Of a stretch of DNA of 64,000 nucleotides, positions 1 through 12,413 are shown piece by piece (position 1 is the first letter of the stretch; every line of letters begins with the position of its first letter). The notes below the pieces were generated by a model that had not been told where the DNA came from, did no database searches, and was given only the letters and a program-made list of their open reading frames with translations. The translations under genes were made by a program, and so were the position numbers. The DNA is from Felis catus (taxonomy: Eukaryota), in NCBI RefSeq assembly GCF_018350175.1, contig NC_058383.1:4900001-4964000 (forward strand). Reading direction: 5' to 3'.

Positions 1-705
1 GATGCTGCTTCCCTGATAGTCCCGCTCATAAGGCTGTTGGCAGAAGGCCCCATGTCCTTGCTGGCTGTTCGTAGGAAGACTCAGTTTCTTACCAGGTGAC
101 CCTCTCCATAAGAGCAACTTTGATGTCCTTGTTAACAGCTGGCTTCTCCCAGAGTGAGTGATCTGAGAGAATAAGGAGGATAAAAGAATACCTTTAGGAC
201 CTAGTCTTGGAAGGGAAATGACATCATTGCTGCCATATTGTTTTTTAAGCTTTAATGTTTTATTTATTTTGGGGGAGGGAGGGGCAGAGAGAGAGGGAGG
301 GAGACACAGACTCCGAAGCAGGCTCCAGGCTCTGAGGGGTCAGCACATAGCCTGACGCGGGGCTCGAACCCACAAACCATGAGATTATGACCTGAGTGGA
401 AATCAAACGCTCACCCAACTGAACCACCCAGGTGCCCTACTTCTGCTATATTCTATTTATTGGTGGAAACAAGTCACTAAATCCAGTCCACATTCAAGGG
501 AAGAGGGATTAAGCCCCTCTCTTTAAAAAAAAAAAAAAAAAAAAAGTTTGTTTTGAGAGAAAGTGCATGTGGGAAGGGACAAAGAGAGAGATATCTTAAA
601 CCAAAGTCAGATGCTTAACCGACTGAGCCACCCAAGTGCCCCTTAAGTCCCCCTCTTAAGGGAAGGATCAAGTAATTTATGGACATATTTCAAAATCATG
701 AAATA
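1..705 (-). mobile_element. Old MaLR (MLT1-like) LTR fragment, interrupted by two SINEs
   Basis: Blocks such as GCTGGCTTCTCCCAGAGTGAGTGATCTGAGAGA and AAGTCACTAAATCCAGTCCACATTCAAGGG resemble the antisense strand of MLT1 LTRs; family from recall. Confidence 0.5.
243..642 (-). mobile_element. Two antisense Can-SINEs (about 243-437 full; about 525-642 internally deleted)
   Basis: T-rich tail, (AG)n block, ...TGACCTGAG...AACCACCCAGGTGCCC end. Confidence 0.85.
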
Positions 706-1029
706 TAACAAGACATGCCAACAAGCTGGTGAATTAGTGTCACCAATTCAAAAAGTCTCATGTAAATCTCTGCACAAGAAAACTAGAATTGTCCTGAAAT
801 CTTGCAGCTTTTATATGAAGTAACTTGAGGTTTTCCCAAATGTGACAACAGTCCTACAAATTTCCATGGTGTAACTGATGACAACTTGGGAAGATGAAAG
901 AAACATTTCCAAGCTAGCATTTGAACTATTTCTGATGGATTGAACTATTTTTCAATCAATCATGCTGGAGAAAAGGTCATTTGTCTGTTCTCTCTATAGA
1001 GAATATTTTGAAATTATTGTAGGACTTGG

Positions 1030-1550
1030 CGTGGGAGAAATGGGCATAAGTGGTCAAAGGTACAAATTGCTAAGAATAAAATAAGTAAGTTCTGGGAATG
1101 ATATTTAAAGCATGTTGACTATAGTTAACAATACTGTATTATATTTTTTCAAGTTGCTTATAGTAGATCTTAAAAGTTCTCATCATAAGGGGTACCTGGG
1201 TGGCTCAGTCAGTTTAGCCTCCAACTCCTATTTTCAGCTCAGGTAATGATCTCAAGGTCCATGAGTTTGAGTCCCAAGTCGGGTTCTGCATGGATGGTGT
1301 GGAGCCTACTTGGGATTCTCTGTTTCCCTCTCTCTCTCTCCCCCTCCCCCACTTTCTCTCTCTCCCTCTCTCAAAAATAATAAATACACTAAAAAAAAGT
1401 CCTCACCATGAGAAGAAAATTGTAACTCTGTGTGGTTATGGATGTTAACTAGATTTATTGTGGTGATCATTTCATAATGTATATGAATATTGAATCATTG
1501 TTATACACCTAAAACTAATATAATGTTATGTCAATTATATCTTATACAAA
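1030..1550 (+). mobile_element. L1 3' end (L1MA/L1_Carn-like) split by a sense Can-SINE at about 1189-1398
   Basis: Typical L1 terminus GATGTTAACTAGATTTATTGTGGTGATCATTTC...TAATATAATGTTATGTCAATTATATC; degenerate TSD AAAAGTTCTCATCAT / AAAAGTCCTCACCAT around the SINE. Confidence 0.75.
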
Positions 1551-1589
1551 AATAGAAAAAATCACAGTGTTCTGCACTATTAAAGTTTT

Positions 1590-2024
1590 TTGTAATTTAA
1601 AAAAAATTTTTTTATGTTTATTTTTGAGAGAGAGAGAGAGAGAGACAGAGCATGAGCGGGGGAGGGGCAGAGAGCGAGGGAGACACAGAATCCGAAACAG
1701 GCTCCAGGCTCTGAGCTGTCAGCACAGAGCCCAACACGGGCTTGAACTCACAGACTGTGAGATCATGACCTGAGCCAAAGTCAGACGCTCAACTCACTGA
1801 GCCACCCAGGCGCCCCTTTTTAAAAATTTTTTTAATGTTTATTTATTTTTGAGACAGAGAGACAGAGCATGAGCAGGCGAGGGGCAGAGAGAGAGGGAGA
1901 GAGAGAATTCCAAGCAGGCTCTGCATAGAGCCCGACTCGGGGCTCGATCCAGGAACCGTGAGATCATGACCTGTGCCAAAATCAAGAGTTGGATGCTTAA
2001 CAGACTGAGCCGCCCAGGCGCCCC
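1590..2024 (-). mobile_element. Tandem pair of antisense Can-SINEs
   Basis: Two bodies each ending CCCAGGCGCCCC; outer degenerate TSD CTGCACTATTAAAGTTTT / CTGCACTGTTCAAGTTTT. Confidence 0.9.
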
Positions 2025-2219
2025 TGCACTGTTCAAGTTTTATTCCCAACACCTGGACACACACAAAATCATAGTCATAGAGGTGACCGAAGAGTATACA
2101 GTGAAAAAAAGAGGTAGGAGTATTACAGAAGTGTGCAAGGTTGTTAATTAATAAAAATATTGTAGTATTTTCAGGATTCTGTGCTGAGATCATGGGTGAG
2201 CAACCAATGCAGTTTCAGG

Positions 2220-3250
2220 GGACAGAAGGGCCCTTCAGTCAAGGCCTGATGCTCTGCAGTCACCGTCTTCAAATTCTTAATAATTTTATCTTTGAATTGG
2301 TGTTTTGCAGGTGAGGTCCCGTGGCACAATGGGATACACAGCAGAGACCTGGAACCTCGATTCCTGCCTTGTTCTACTCTTGCTGCCTTTTACCTCCCCA
2401 GGATGGGTTCTAAACTGCCTGCTCCCCTGTGCCCTGGCACCCTCCACTTAGGAAGTGGTGCAGGTACAGGGTGGGTCTGGCTGGGTCAGAGTGGGTCTGG
2501 TTGAACTGATGTGCCCTGTAGCCTCTCTGAGCAGAGTATGGCAGGTGGCCATCCAACCATTTGGTGGCCAACCCATAAGGGGCAAGCCTGTCGCCTTGCC
2601 CTGATCCAGGCACTTTGTGTGTCCTAGTACTGAGGTTGCGATACCCTGGAGGGTTGCCCTCTGCCTGTGGGTTGAGCATGGAAAGGGGAGCTGCCTGGCT
2701 TGCCCTCCCTGCCCCAGGAATGTCAGCTGGCTGAGGAGGGAGCCAGCAGCCAGTCATCAGGCCCAGGTGCACACGCCACTGGAGTCCAGGACGGGCCCTG
2801 CCTCACATGAATGGTGGCACTGGCCCCTCCAGTAATCCCATGCCCAAAGATGCCCTCCCTGGCCTGCTCTGTGCCTTGGGGACCCCCCTTTATCCTTCCA
2901 ACCTTCCTGGGTCTGGCCCGTGTTCATCTCTCTGGCCGGCTCTGGGACAAGTCGTGAAACAGCAATTGTGTTCTTTCGGCCACTGAGCATTGGAATTAAG
3001 TCTTATGGTATTTCCATTCAAAACTGACATGGTCCGATGTAAAGACAATCTGTAAAACTCATGATCACGATTGAAGGCTTTTTCTTCAGAACATTAAATA
3101 GCAAACAGGAAACACCCCAAGAGAGACTGCAAAAGAAAGGGAAAGCTTTATATTTTGGTTCCTTGAAACAGCATTTTCTTTTCCTGCCTTTGAACCGGGG
3201 ACCCCACGTTTTCAGTTTGCACTGGGTTCCGCAAATTATGCAGCAGATCC
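2220..3250 (+). mobile_element. MER45-like (hAT-Tip100) non-autonomous DNA transposon
   Basis: 5' TGCTCTGCAGTCACCGTCTTCAAATTCTTAATAATTTT and 3' TTTGAACCGGGGACCCCACGTTTTCAGTTTGCACTGGGTTCCGCAAATTATG resemble MER45 ends; recall only. Confidence 0.5.
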
Positions 3251-3569
3251 AGCTTGTCAGTTTTGTTCTGTTTGTAATTTCCTGTGGTTCATTTTCTCAC
3301 CCTACAGAAATGTTCACTTTTCCACCTAATTTTGCACTGTTCCTCAAAGAGACTCCCCAGAATGGTAAAAGCTTCAATCACCTCCCGCATAAGCCGCATC
3401 CGCCGCAGCACCCCCAATATCGACTTTATCTTGAGCGAATCCACCGCGGATTAATGTTTATTTTCCTTTTACACTTTTTCGTCCAGTAATCCTGCAGAGC
3501 TCTTAAGATCAATGGGGGGGGGGGGGGGAATCCCTTGCAAGGGAGTGTCATTTCAAAAATTAAAGGAAA

Positions 3570-4780
3570 TCGCTGGCACCAGAGGGGGAGCCGGAAACCG
3601 ACAGGGGGAAGTCGGCGAGGGGTCCGGGTCCTGGGGAGGGAGCCCCTGAGCAGGCGCTTCGGGCCCGACCTGAGCTTGGACGCGTCTCCTTTAAGGGGCG
3701 GGTCCGGGGCGGAGCCTGGCTGCGGCCCGCCCTCCCAGACTGCCCCGCGCGCGCCGGCAGTTTGGCCACGTCCCTGGCCACGTCGCGCCCGCTCTCGCCA
3801 TCTTCGCCGCTTCCTCTCAGGGGCCGCCGCTGCCGCCTGAGCCGCCGAGCCCCGGGGCCGCCGCGCCGACCGCCGCCGCCATGAACATCTTCCGGCTGAC
3901 CGGGGACCTGTCCCACCTGGCGGCCATTGTCATCCTGCTGCTGAAGATCTGGAAGACGCGCTCCTGCGCCGGTGAGCGGCGGGCGACGTCCCGGAGAGGC
4001 TCGGGCGCCAGGCCGGGTCGCTCTGAGGACCCGCCGACCTCGGCCGCCCCGCGGCTCGCGGGCCTGCGGCGCCCGACACGCCCCCCTCGACCGGCCCGGC
4101 GGGCGCCGGGACCCGGGGCGGGAGGGAACATTGCGTGGCGTTCAGGCCGGGCGGGGTGTCGCCGTGCTGGGCCCCGTTCGGCGCGGGGTCGACTCCCGAA
4201 CTTGAGCCGTCGGGGCGGAGGAGGAGCCAGCCGGACTGCGCTGGGCCCCATTCTGTCGGAAAAGTTTGGATGGGGCGGGGGCCGGGGGAGTCCGGCTGGC
4301 GCGCCCCCGCCCCCCGCCCGCGACTTTAATGGGTGCAGCACCGCGCCGGGGGGGAGGGGGCGGGAGGGGCCGGAGGTGCGGGGTGCCCGCGAATCAATGG
4401 GACGGGAGGGAGGAGGATGGGCAGGACCGCGGCCCGCTCGGCCTGACGTGGCAGCCAGGCCAGCCCGGGAGGTGGAGCGGGCGCGGGGAGGTCACCCCGC
4501 TCCCCACCCTGCCCCTTCGACGACTGGCCTTTAGGTTAGGGTGTCGGGTCAGGCCTGTCCCTGGGCTGCCGTGGGCTTCACCCCAGCTCTGGGGTCCAGG
4601 ATCACGCCCGCCACGGGAGTGGGGGGGGGGGTGTGAGGAGGTCTCTTAAGTGAATTTCTTGGGGACCGTCAGTGCTGCTTTGAGAAACGAACTAGTTTGT
4701 CGAACTCCGAGTGCCTCCATCTAATAACGGGTTCTCTTAAGCCTGCGGCGCCGGGTACCGCCGAGGTCTCATGTGGTCTC
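3570..4780 (+). promoter_or_regulatory. KDELR2: CpG-island promoter and first exon/intron of KDELR2
   Basis: Very high GC and CpG density; GC boxes GGGGCGGG (3695-3702) and GGGGCGGAGC (3706-3715); YY1-type CGCCATCTT (3796-3804); GCCGCCGCC context before ATG at 3881. Confidence 0.9.
3881..3971 (+). CDS. KDELR2: KDEL ER protein retention receptor 2, coding exon 1 (91 nt)
   Basis: MNIFRLTGDLSHLAAIVILLLKIWKTRSCA(G); donor G|GTGAGC. Confidence 0.98.
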
Positions 4781-5669
4781 CTGTAATCCTCACTCCACGT
4801 CACCAGTGAGTTGGCGACTCCCTCCTCTGGAGTACACATTTCATGCATGCATTGCCGGGAGGCAGTGAGACACATCTTCCCCAGATCCTAGCTGTGAAGT
4901 TTTACATCGCATTAACCCTAGAAGCGTAAGAGCGGCGACGTTTTCAGTGATGTCTTAAAATGCAGCGTGGTCTTTAAACGTGTTTTTGATGCCATGGCCC
5001 CAGTGAAATAAGCTGAGTTCAAGAAGCCAAATGTTCGCAGAGGCCATAAGAGACGGGGAGGCCTACAGGACCTGGGTGGCAGAGATCCCATTTACCTGAT
5101 TGATTTCTGAAATTGCCCCTTCTAGAGTAACACCCCACATCTTTGCTGTCTTCAGGAGTCGCCTATCTCCCCAGAACATACCCGAGATGGAGGAAGTAAG
5201 CAAAAGCAAAAGAGACCTTTGAGCGATCAAAATGGGCATTACAAAGTCCACGTACCGAAACCGGTGTTGTCTGGCTTGGAGGTGATCTCGCAGTTCGTAC
5301 CTGTTCTGAGAGGTTCAGTTGTGTGGTTTCCAGTTAAAGCAGAGTAATTGCAGCAGTTGTGGTAGCTGACACCGAAGCACGTGCTGTGCGCTAGGAAGGA
5401 CGCTAACTGCTTGACCGAGCTTATCCCACCCAGTCTTTAATCTTAGGGCTGAGTGCTGTTGTCCCCGTTCTGTGGAGGAGGGAACTGAGTCTTAAGGGAG
5501 ATGAGGAAATTCGTGGTAGAGCCCGGATTGAAACACAAGCAGCGTAGCTCACAGTGAAGGCTTCTGAATCAATGTCTGTTTTGGCCTAAGTAACGTTAGT
5601 TCAAACGTTTGATGCAGACCGGTAGTTTAGGTCATGTTTTTGTTGCGTTCAGGAAATTTTTTTCTCCTG

Positions 5670-5975
5670 CCTTATTGAAATATGATTGACACAGAACATT
5701 GTACTAGTTTTGGGTGTGCAACATAGCGATTTGATGTACGTATATATTGTGAAATGGTCACAACAAGCTTAGTTAATTAACATCCGTCACCACACATAGT
5801 GAACCATTTTTTTTCTCGTGATCAGAACTTTTAAGGTCTACTCTCCTGTGAACTTCCAAATGTACAGTACAGTGTTGTTAACTATAGTCATTGTGCTATA
5901 CCTTCATCCCCAGGTCTCATTTTATAACTGGAAGTTTGTACCTTTCAATCACCTGTACCCATTTCATCCACCCCT
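5670..5975 (-). mobile_element. Antisense L1 3' end fragment
   Basis: TTATTGAAATATGATTGACA...ATTGTGAAATGGTCACAACAAGCTTAGTTAA...CAGTGTTGTTAACTATAGTC; reverse complement of the motif at about 1030-1550. Confidence 0.75.
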
Positions 5976-6162
5976 CAGTCTGAAGATATTACTTTTAATC
6001 TTGATTTTTGCTCCAAAATTTTTGTGTGAGTCCCTTCATCTTTCACGTATTTCTCAGAAACCCGTTCTCTGTCAAGTCCTTAAGTGTGGAAGCATGTTGT
6101 CTCTTAAATATGTATCTAAACTAAGATGTTGGGGAGAAGCTACCGCACCTCCAGGTGTAGAA

Positions 6163-6360
6163 TTTTTTTTTTTATGTTTATTTTTTGAGAGGGAGAGTGT
6201 GAGCAGGGGACGGGCAGAGAGAGAAAGGGAGAGAATCCCAAGCAGGCTTCATACTGTCAGCACAGAGCCAGCGGTGGGGCTCGAACTCATGAACCGTGAG
6301 ATCATGACCTGAGCTGAAATCAAGAGTCAGACACTTAACCGAATGAGCCACCCAGGCCCC
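6163..6360 (-). mobile_element. Can-SINE with TSD CCAGGT(G/A)TAGAATT
   Basis: Canonical antisense body; flanking direct repeats. Confidence 0.9.
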
Positions 6361-7797
6361 CAGGTATAGAATTCTTAAGGAAACCTTGAGTTATATAGAG
6401 AAAGTGAGAGGGTTTGCTATTTTGTTCATTTTTTAATATTCACTATTTTCATTTGGGAAATTTAGGAGCATTTAGGAAAACTGAAAATATTTCCGCCAAA
6501 ATAATAAAGAAGATAAATAGTTAAGTTCACGGGTGTTTGTCAAGTATTCCTACAATTTAATGCTCTAGTTATAGGGCATTATTAAGCTTCTCTTTGTCGG
6601 ACTTAGGATCATTTTAGTTCTTATACATGAGATTCCTGGCCTTTTAAAAATCAGAATCACCAAGATGATTTATTCAGAGTTAAATGCTAAATTTGACTAG
6701 CTGCTTTGTTTTTCCATTCTAAATTATGAAAGTTGTTTAGAGGCTTTTGAAGGAGTAAGAATTTGATAGGAGTTTCTCAAATAACTGGAATAAGAGACAT
6801 GTACATTCAGGTTGTGTTTCTCGCTTTGAAAATACTGGTATTGGGGTTCATTTTTAGGATTTTGGCACCTGTTCTGAACATGCCTGCAGCCAGAACCATG
6901 GGGCTTTTTCCCTTAGCCTAAGGGCTGAGATGGGTTAGTGAGGAAGCTGGAGATTCTGTTTTCCTGAGCATCTAGTTTGAGAATGAGCACCTTAAAGGGC
7001 CTGTTTTAAAGTAGGGACAGGAGAGCTGATCTCAGCATAGCTGTGTTGAATTGGCAGTCTCCTGTGCCTTTGTCTGCCATTGTCATTATAGAGGGGTGCC
7101 CGAATGAAATGTGACTTTTCTCATATGCTTGAACCTTCGTTGCACCCGGATCCACAGTATGCTGAAGTTATCACTATCCGTGTCCTAAACGCTGACCTGG
7201 ATAGCCTTGGGAGAACAAGCCTTGGATTGTAGATGAAGAACTTCCTAGCAACATTTTCCTGTAGGCTGGCTGATAGTTATTAATAGCGCTCTATCTGTTG
7301 TGCTTAAATTACTAGTGGGGTCCTTCTCAGATCCATGACTCCCAGCAACCCTCTCCTAGTCTCTCCCCTCCCCCGCATCTACTGCTTTGATTGTTGTTAG
7401 CTGTGGTTATGTAGGTTGTGTTATAGACTTTTATCATACTAAACATGACAGGAACATACAGTGTCCCTGCATTTCTCATGATTGGATAGCTTATAATTTT
7501 GAAGTACAGAATCTCATCTTTTATTGTGGTCATGGTGTACTTCACGAAGCTTTTGTATTACATTCCTAGCTCCCTCTTTGTAGCAGCTGTCACCTCTCTT
7601 CTTTTGAGTGCCAGTCTGTTGGCTAATCATTGCTCTCAAACATCTGTTGACCACCCACTGATTGCAAGGCACTGGGGACACAATTCAGAGCAGCTATCAA
7701 GGTCTCTGCTGTCGAGAAAGTTGCAATGGAGTTGAAATAAGACACGTATAAAAAGATAAAAATAAAGGGTATTAAATATTAAACTGTGTAGACATTA

Positions 7798-8032
7798 GGG
7801 GTGCGTGGGTGGTTCAGTCGGTTAAGAATCTGACTCTTGATCTTGGCTCAGGTCATGATCTCACCATTCATGAGATCAAGCCCTGAGTTGGGCTCTGCAC
7901 TGATGGCATGGAGCCTGCTTGGGATTCTCCGTCTCCTCCTCTCTCTGCCCCTTCCCTGCTCTCTCTCTTGCACGCTCTCTTGCTGTCTCTGTGTCTCTCT
8001 AAATAAATAAATAAACATTAAAAATAAAAATA
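7798..8032 (+). mobile_element. Can-SINE
   Basis: GGGGTGCGTGGGTGGTTCAGTCGGTTAAG head, (CT)-rich block, AATAAA tail. Confidence 0.9.
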
Positions 8033-8099
8033 AACCATGTAGACAGTAAATCCAATAGGTGTGAAATGGCTAGAAGGATCCCAGAGAAAGGACCCTTGA

Positions 8100-9330
8100 C
8101 TTCCTGGCAAGGAGTATGTAAGACCTATGTGAAGAAAAATATGAAACTTTCCTGGTGGACACAGAAGATGACCTGAGTGTATGTTCCTACTGTGGTCCTG
8201 GATAGGACCAGGCAGGCTGGTAACGAAGCAAGATGATTCATCTTCCCAAATTAATTTACTGATTCAGAATATCATCAAAGTTAAAAGACAGTAAACTGAG
8301 AGAAATAATCTGCAATATATCTAAGTGACAAAAAGTTAATATACATAATGAAACATTCCTACAAAAAAAAAAAAAAACGGATAGAAAAATAGGCAAAGTT
8401 GGCAGTTCACAGAAGAATAACAGAAGGCCCGTTAATCATGAAAGAATGCCCAGCCTCACTAATAGAAACTTGGACAGTAAAACAGCAATGCATACCATCA
8501 TTTGCCTGCTGGGTGGGAAAAGACGTTCAAAACATCTAATATATGCAAAGGTGCAGAAGGGCATTCTCATCTGGTGTTCTTGAGTATGAAAATTGGCATA
8601 GCCTTCCTAGGGGAAATCAGCAAAACTTAAAGTTGACGTTTGTATATTTTATCCCAGCAATTCTTAAGAAGCTGAACTACAGAAACCTATGTATGTGCAC
8701 AAACTAGCTATAGGTGTGAAGATGTTCCTTGTACCTAAGTATGTACAAAACACTGTTTATAGATAAAAAAGATGTTTGTGCAGTACTCATAAGAACAAAA
8801 ATCATCAACAACCCAAATGTCCGTTAATGGAGTGGTTGCTCAAATGTTGGTACATTCACACTATGGAACATTATGCAGCCATTAACAAGAATGAGCTAGA
8901 AGTATTAACAGGGGAAGATAAGAGCTTAATTAAAAAAAAAAAAAAAAAAAAGAAACTATACAAAAAAACCCAGAAGGTAAATCTGAGATGTTAAGTTAAA
9001 AAAGCAAATTGTAGGAACCCCTGGCTGGCTTAGTTGGAGGAGCATGTGACTCTTTATCTCAGGATTGTAAATTGAAGCCCCACGTTGTATGTAGAGATTA
9101 CATAAAAATAAAATCTTAAAAAAAAAAAAAAAAACACAAAAAACCTTTAAAAAAGTTGCAGAGCAAAAGATTGTATGGACCCATATTAAGGGGCAAACAT
9201 ATATGCAGGTACGTATACAAGCACATGTATGGAAAGGGGCTTTTAAAAAGCCTGGAAAGTTGCATTTAAAGTGGAGGTGGGAGGGATGTTAAAAGGTCCT
9301 TTTGCTTTTTATTACATATATTTTAACCCA
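8100..9330 (+). mobile_element. Degraded old L1 (L1M) 3' fragments with a short SINE at about 9014-9135
   Basis: ACAACCCAAATGTCCGTTAATGG...TGGTACATTCACACTATGGAACATTATGCAGCCATTAA (translated QQPKCPLMEWLLKCWYIHTMEHYAAI, L1 ORF2 C-terminal-like). Confidence 0.7.
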
Positions 9331-10624
9331 GTTGAAATTTTTAATTAAATAGCATGTATTTCTTTGAAAACAAGAGAAAACGACAAAACAGTACGTAGTA
9401 AGAGCTGTCATTTATCAAGCATTTGCAGTGTGGCAGGTATATAATATAAAACACTTTTTCTCCAACAGTCCCATCGAGTTAAGATTTGTCCCCATTTGAC
9501 AGACGCAGAAAGTGAGGTGAGGTAGGGGGGCAATGTAGGTAATGGGCCCAGGCTTATCCTGTGTGTTCAGGGGTTGAGTTTGAACAGAGTCCATTTGGCT
9601 CCAGAGCCTCTTTTTCCCTAAGTCACAAGAGTTGTGTTATGCATCATTTCCTATTAGCCTGCTGTTCCAGGGAAGGTTCATGGCCTTTAGGAGATAGGAG
9701 AGGATCGACTTCTTTAGAGACAGTGGGTCCAGAGTGGGGTGCCAGGGGCCCTTGTTGAATGCTGCCCTGCAAACTGTCCTGGTGCTTTGACCTGTGGGGC
9801 TTGGTCGCAGCTCAGCTGTTACCAGGACAAAAATAATTCTTGGGAAGCTTTTCTTTTTGGCTGAGGGTTCTGTTCTATAAACCAGTGGGAATATAAGAGA
9901 GTCAACTTTTAACCTGCAGCCCAATTTAAAGTAATGTACACTGTAGTCTATAGTCGTAGGATTTTATGAAACTTAACTTGGCCCAATGGGAAAAGACAGA
10001 AATGGTGTTAGGTTTAATGACTGATTTCCACATAACAAGTTCTACTCCTTAATACGTATATTTGGTGCATTTGGTATTGGGATGGCTGTTTCAGAAACAT
10101 TTAGAGTGAGTATTGAGAGCTTGACCTGCTAGTATTCACATGCTTTGGTCTCAAAACAGGGAGAAAGTGACTGAGGGAGCCCCTCAGGCTTTGCAAGAGG
10201 TCCCCGCCCACAAGGCGATTCCTGCCGCTGCCCCCTCTGTCTTCAGCTGGGATCCCTGCCATCTTGTGAAGACAGGACTGTTTTTCTGTTTTAAAGGGAA
10301 AGCTGCAGCTTGTTCATGAGGATCCCAGACCAGGACGAATGGGATAGAAGTGCACAAGCACATTCAGGTCTCCAGCACAGCAGTTCCTGCATGGATTCTG
10401 CACCACGAGACAAGCTGCAGGCCACACGCCGCCTGTCTCTCTTCTCTCCTGCGCAGGGGGCGCTCCTACCCTCTGGTTGGCAGTAAATTAGGGCAGAGCC
10501 CAAAGAACATTGCCTATTTACAGTCGTAGAGATGGTGTGACTTGGAAACTCTTTGCAAGTGTTATTCCAAAATGAATATTTACCCCATGACATGAAAATA
10601 AAACGAGTTGGTTTTGGTTTTTTT

Positions 10625-10950
10625 TGACCATTTGTTCATTCATTCAGCAGGTATTTTCTTAGCCCTGCTGTGTGTCAAGCCCATTGCCGAGCACAGAGAA
10701 TACACAACAGAAAAGACATGACCCCAACCTTTGGAGATCTCCGCGTCTGTGGGGAAAGAGGGAAGACAGGCAACCAGATAATCACAGTGTATTTTATAAG
10801 ACCGTTAATAGGAGCTAGGGCAGCAGCTGCTGGGAAGGGGTTCCCATTATGTACTTGCTGAATGAATAAACAGCACCAAGGGAGGTGTCTTCAAAGACAG
10901 CTTGCCAGGGGAAGTGATATGTGAATAGGGTCTCAAAAGGGAGTGGTAGA
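10625..10950 (-). mobile_element. L2 3' end fragment
   Basis: TTCATTCATTCAGCAGGTATT...GTGTCAAGCCCATTG...AAGACATGACCCC pattern. Confidence 0.5.
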
Positions 10951-11526
10951 AATGATATGAGAGTCCTGGATTTTTGCTATAGGAATGCTGAAAATGGGGA
11001 CAAAATCTCAAATGTATCTGGCTTCCAAAATTCCATTAGAATAAATCCTTTGTAATAAACTTGCCTGTATGTACCCTATAATTTTTTATTTAAAATGTTG
11101 GAGAGAATCATATAGGAAGTGAACTGGGAATTTCTCAAAGCCTCAACGGATCTCAAATGTGAACTGCATGTTCCCTTTCCTTTCCCCTCCCTTCTCTTCT
11201 CTCTGTCCCATGTCTCTTTGTGAATGACAGCTTCATTATTCTCCTTTGGAACATTGATCTTTGATAAGAAAAAGAAGCTCCCCATTACTGGGGAAGACTA
11301 AAAGGAGCAGAATGTCTGTATCTCCACCTTTGACCCTTGAGATTGGTTACTATTGATCTAGAAGGAAGAGAGTCAACTTTTTCTTCAGTTTCTGTTTGGG
11401 TGTTTTGTGAATAGACTCAAACTACAAATGTTCATAGGTAGTAAGTAACATTCTTGTATCCAGGCTTTGAGTTTCAACAATGGGCAAAAGTGTTTGATAA
11501 AATATCATTTAAAAACAATGTGATTT

Positions 11527-12291
11527 GGGGGCACCTGGGTGGCTCAGTCAGTTAAGCATCCAACTTCTGCTCAGGCATGATCTCATGGTTCATAAGTTTG
11601 AGCCCCGTGTTGGGCTCTGCACTGACAGTGGGTTGACTACTTTGGGTTCTCTGTCTCCCTCTTTCTCTCTCTCAAAAATAAATTTAAAAATATTAAAAAA
11701 AATAAAAACAATGTGATTTTCACATCCATAGGAGTATTGCCGGTAATTACGTATTGCAGCGACATTTCCACTAAATACATGCTTACTTAAATGTCTAATG
11801 GGGTGGGGCGCCTGGGTGGCTCAGTCAGTTGGGCGTTCGACTTCGGCTCAAGTCATGATCTCTCCGTCCATGAGTTTGGACCCCACGTTGGGCTCTATGC
11901 TGACAGCTCAGAGCCTGGAGCCTGCTTCGGATTCTGTGTGTCTCTCTCTCTCTGCCCCTCCCCCACTCATGCTCTGTCTGTCTCTGAAAAATGAATAAAC
12001 CTTAAAAAAGTTTTTTAAAACGATGTCTAATGGGGTGAAGTTTGCAATGTAGAGGAGGGTGGGTGGGTTCTGACCTGGAAAGATTCCGTTTTCTTCATGA
12101 ATTCGCTCAATCTTCATCTGAAACCCATAGTTCACATCCTTTGTCACATAAATACCTGGCCACATACAGATGTCAGAAAAGCTTAGTGCACACGCTATGT
12201 GACCTTCGGTACTTCCCCCAGCTGAGTCACGTGCCGCAAGAGCACTCTGGAGGTGGCCTGGTTGTTGGAGGTGGAAACAGATTCAAAGATT

Positions 12292-12342
<51 letters not shown>

Positions 12343-12375
12343 TTTTTGAGAGAGACAGAATGTGAGCAGGGGAGG

Positions 12376-12413
<38 letters not shown>

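Larger units (their letters stand above)
710..3410 (+). mobile_element. Fragmented hAT-Tip100 (Zaphod-like) DNA transposon hosting nested L1, SINE and MER45-like insertions
   Basis: Segments at about 710-1020, 2070-2185 and 3250-3410 resemble consecutive parts of the Zaphod 3' region (e.g. CAATCATGCTGGAGAAAAG...TTCTCTCTATAGAGAAT; TTAATTAATAAAAATATTGT); recall only. Confidence 0.45.

Noticed and set aside
3535..4649. Several long overlapping ORFs (up to 217 aa) on both strands
   Set aside because: Stop-codon scarcity in a CpG island; only 3881-3971 matches KDELR2 and it ends at a clear donor
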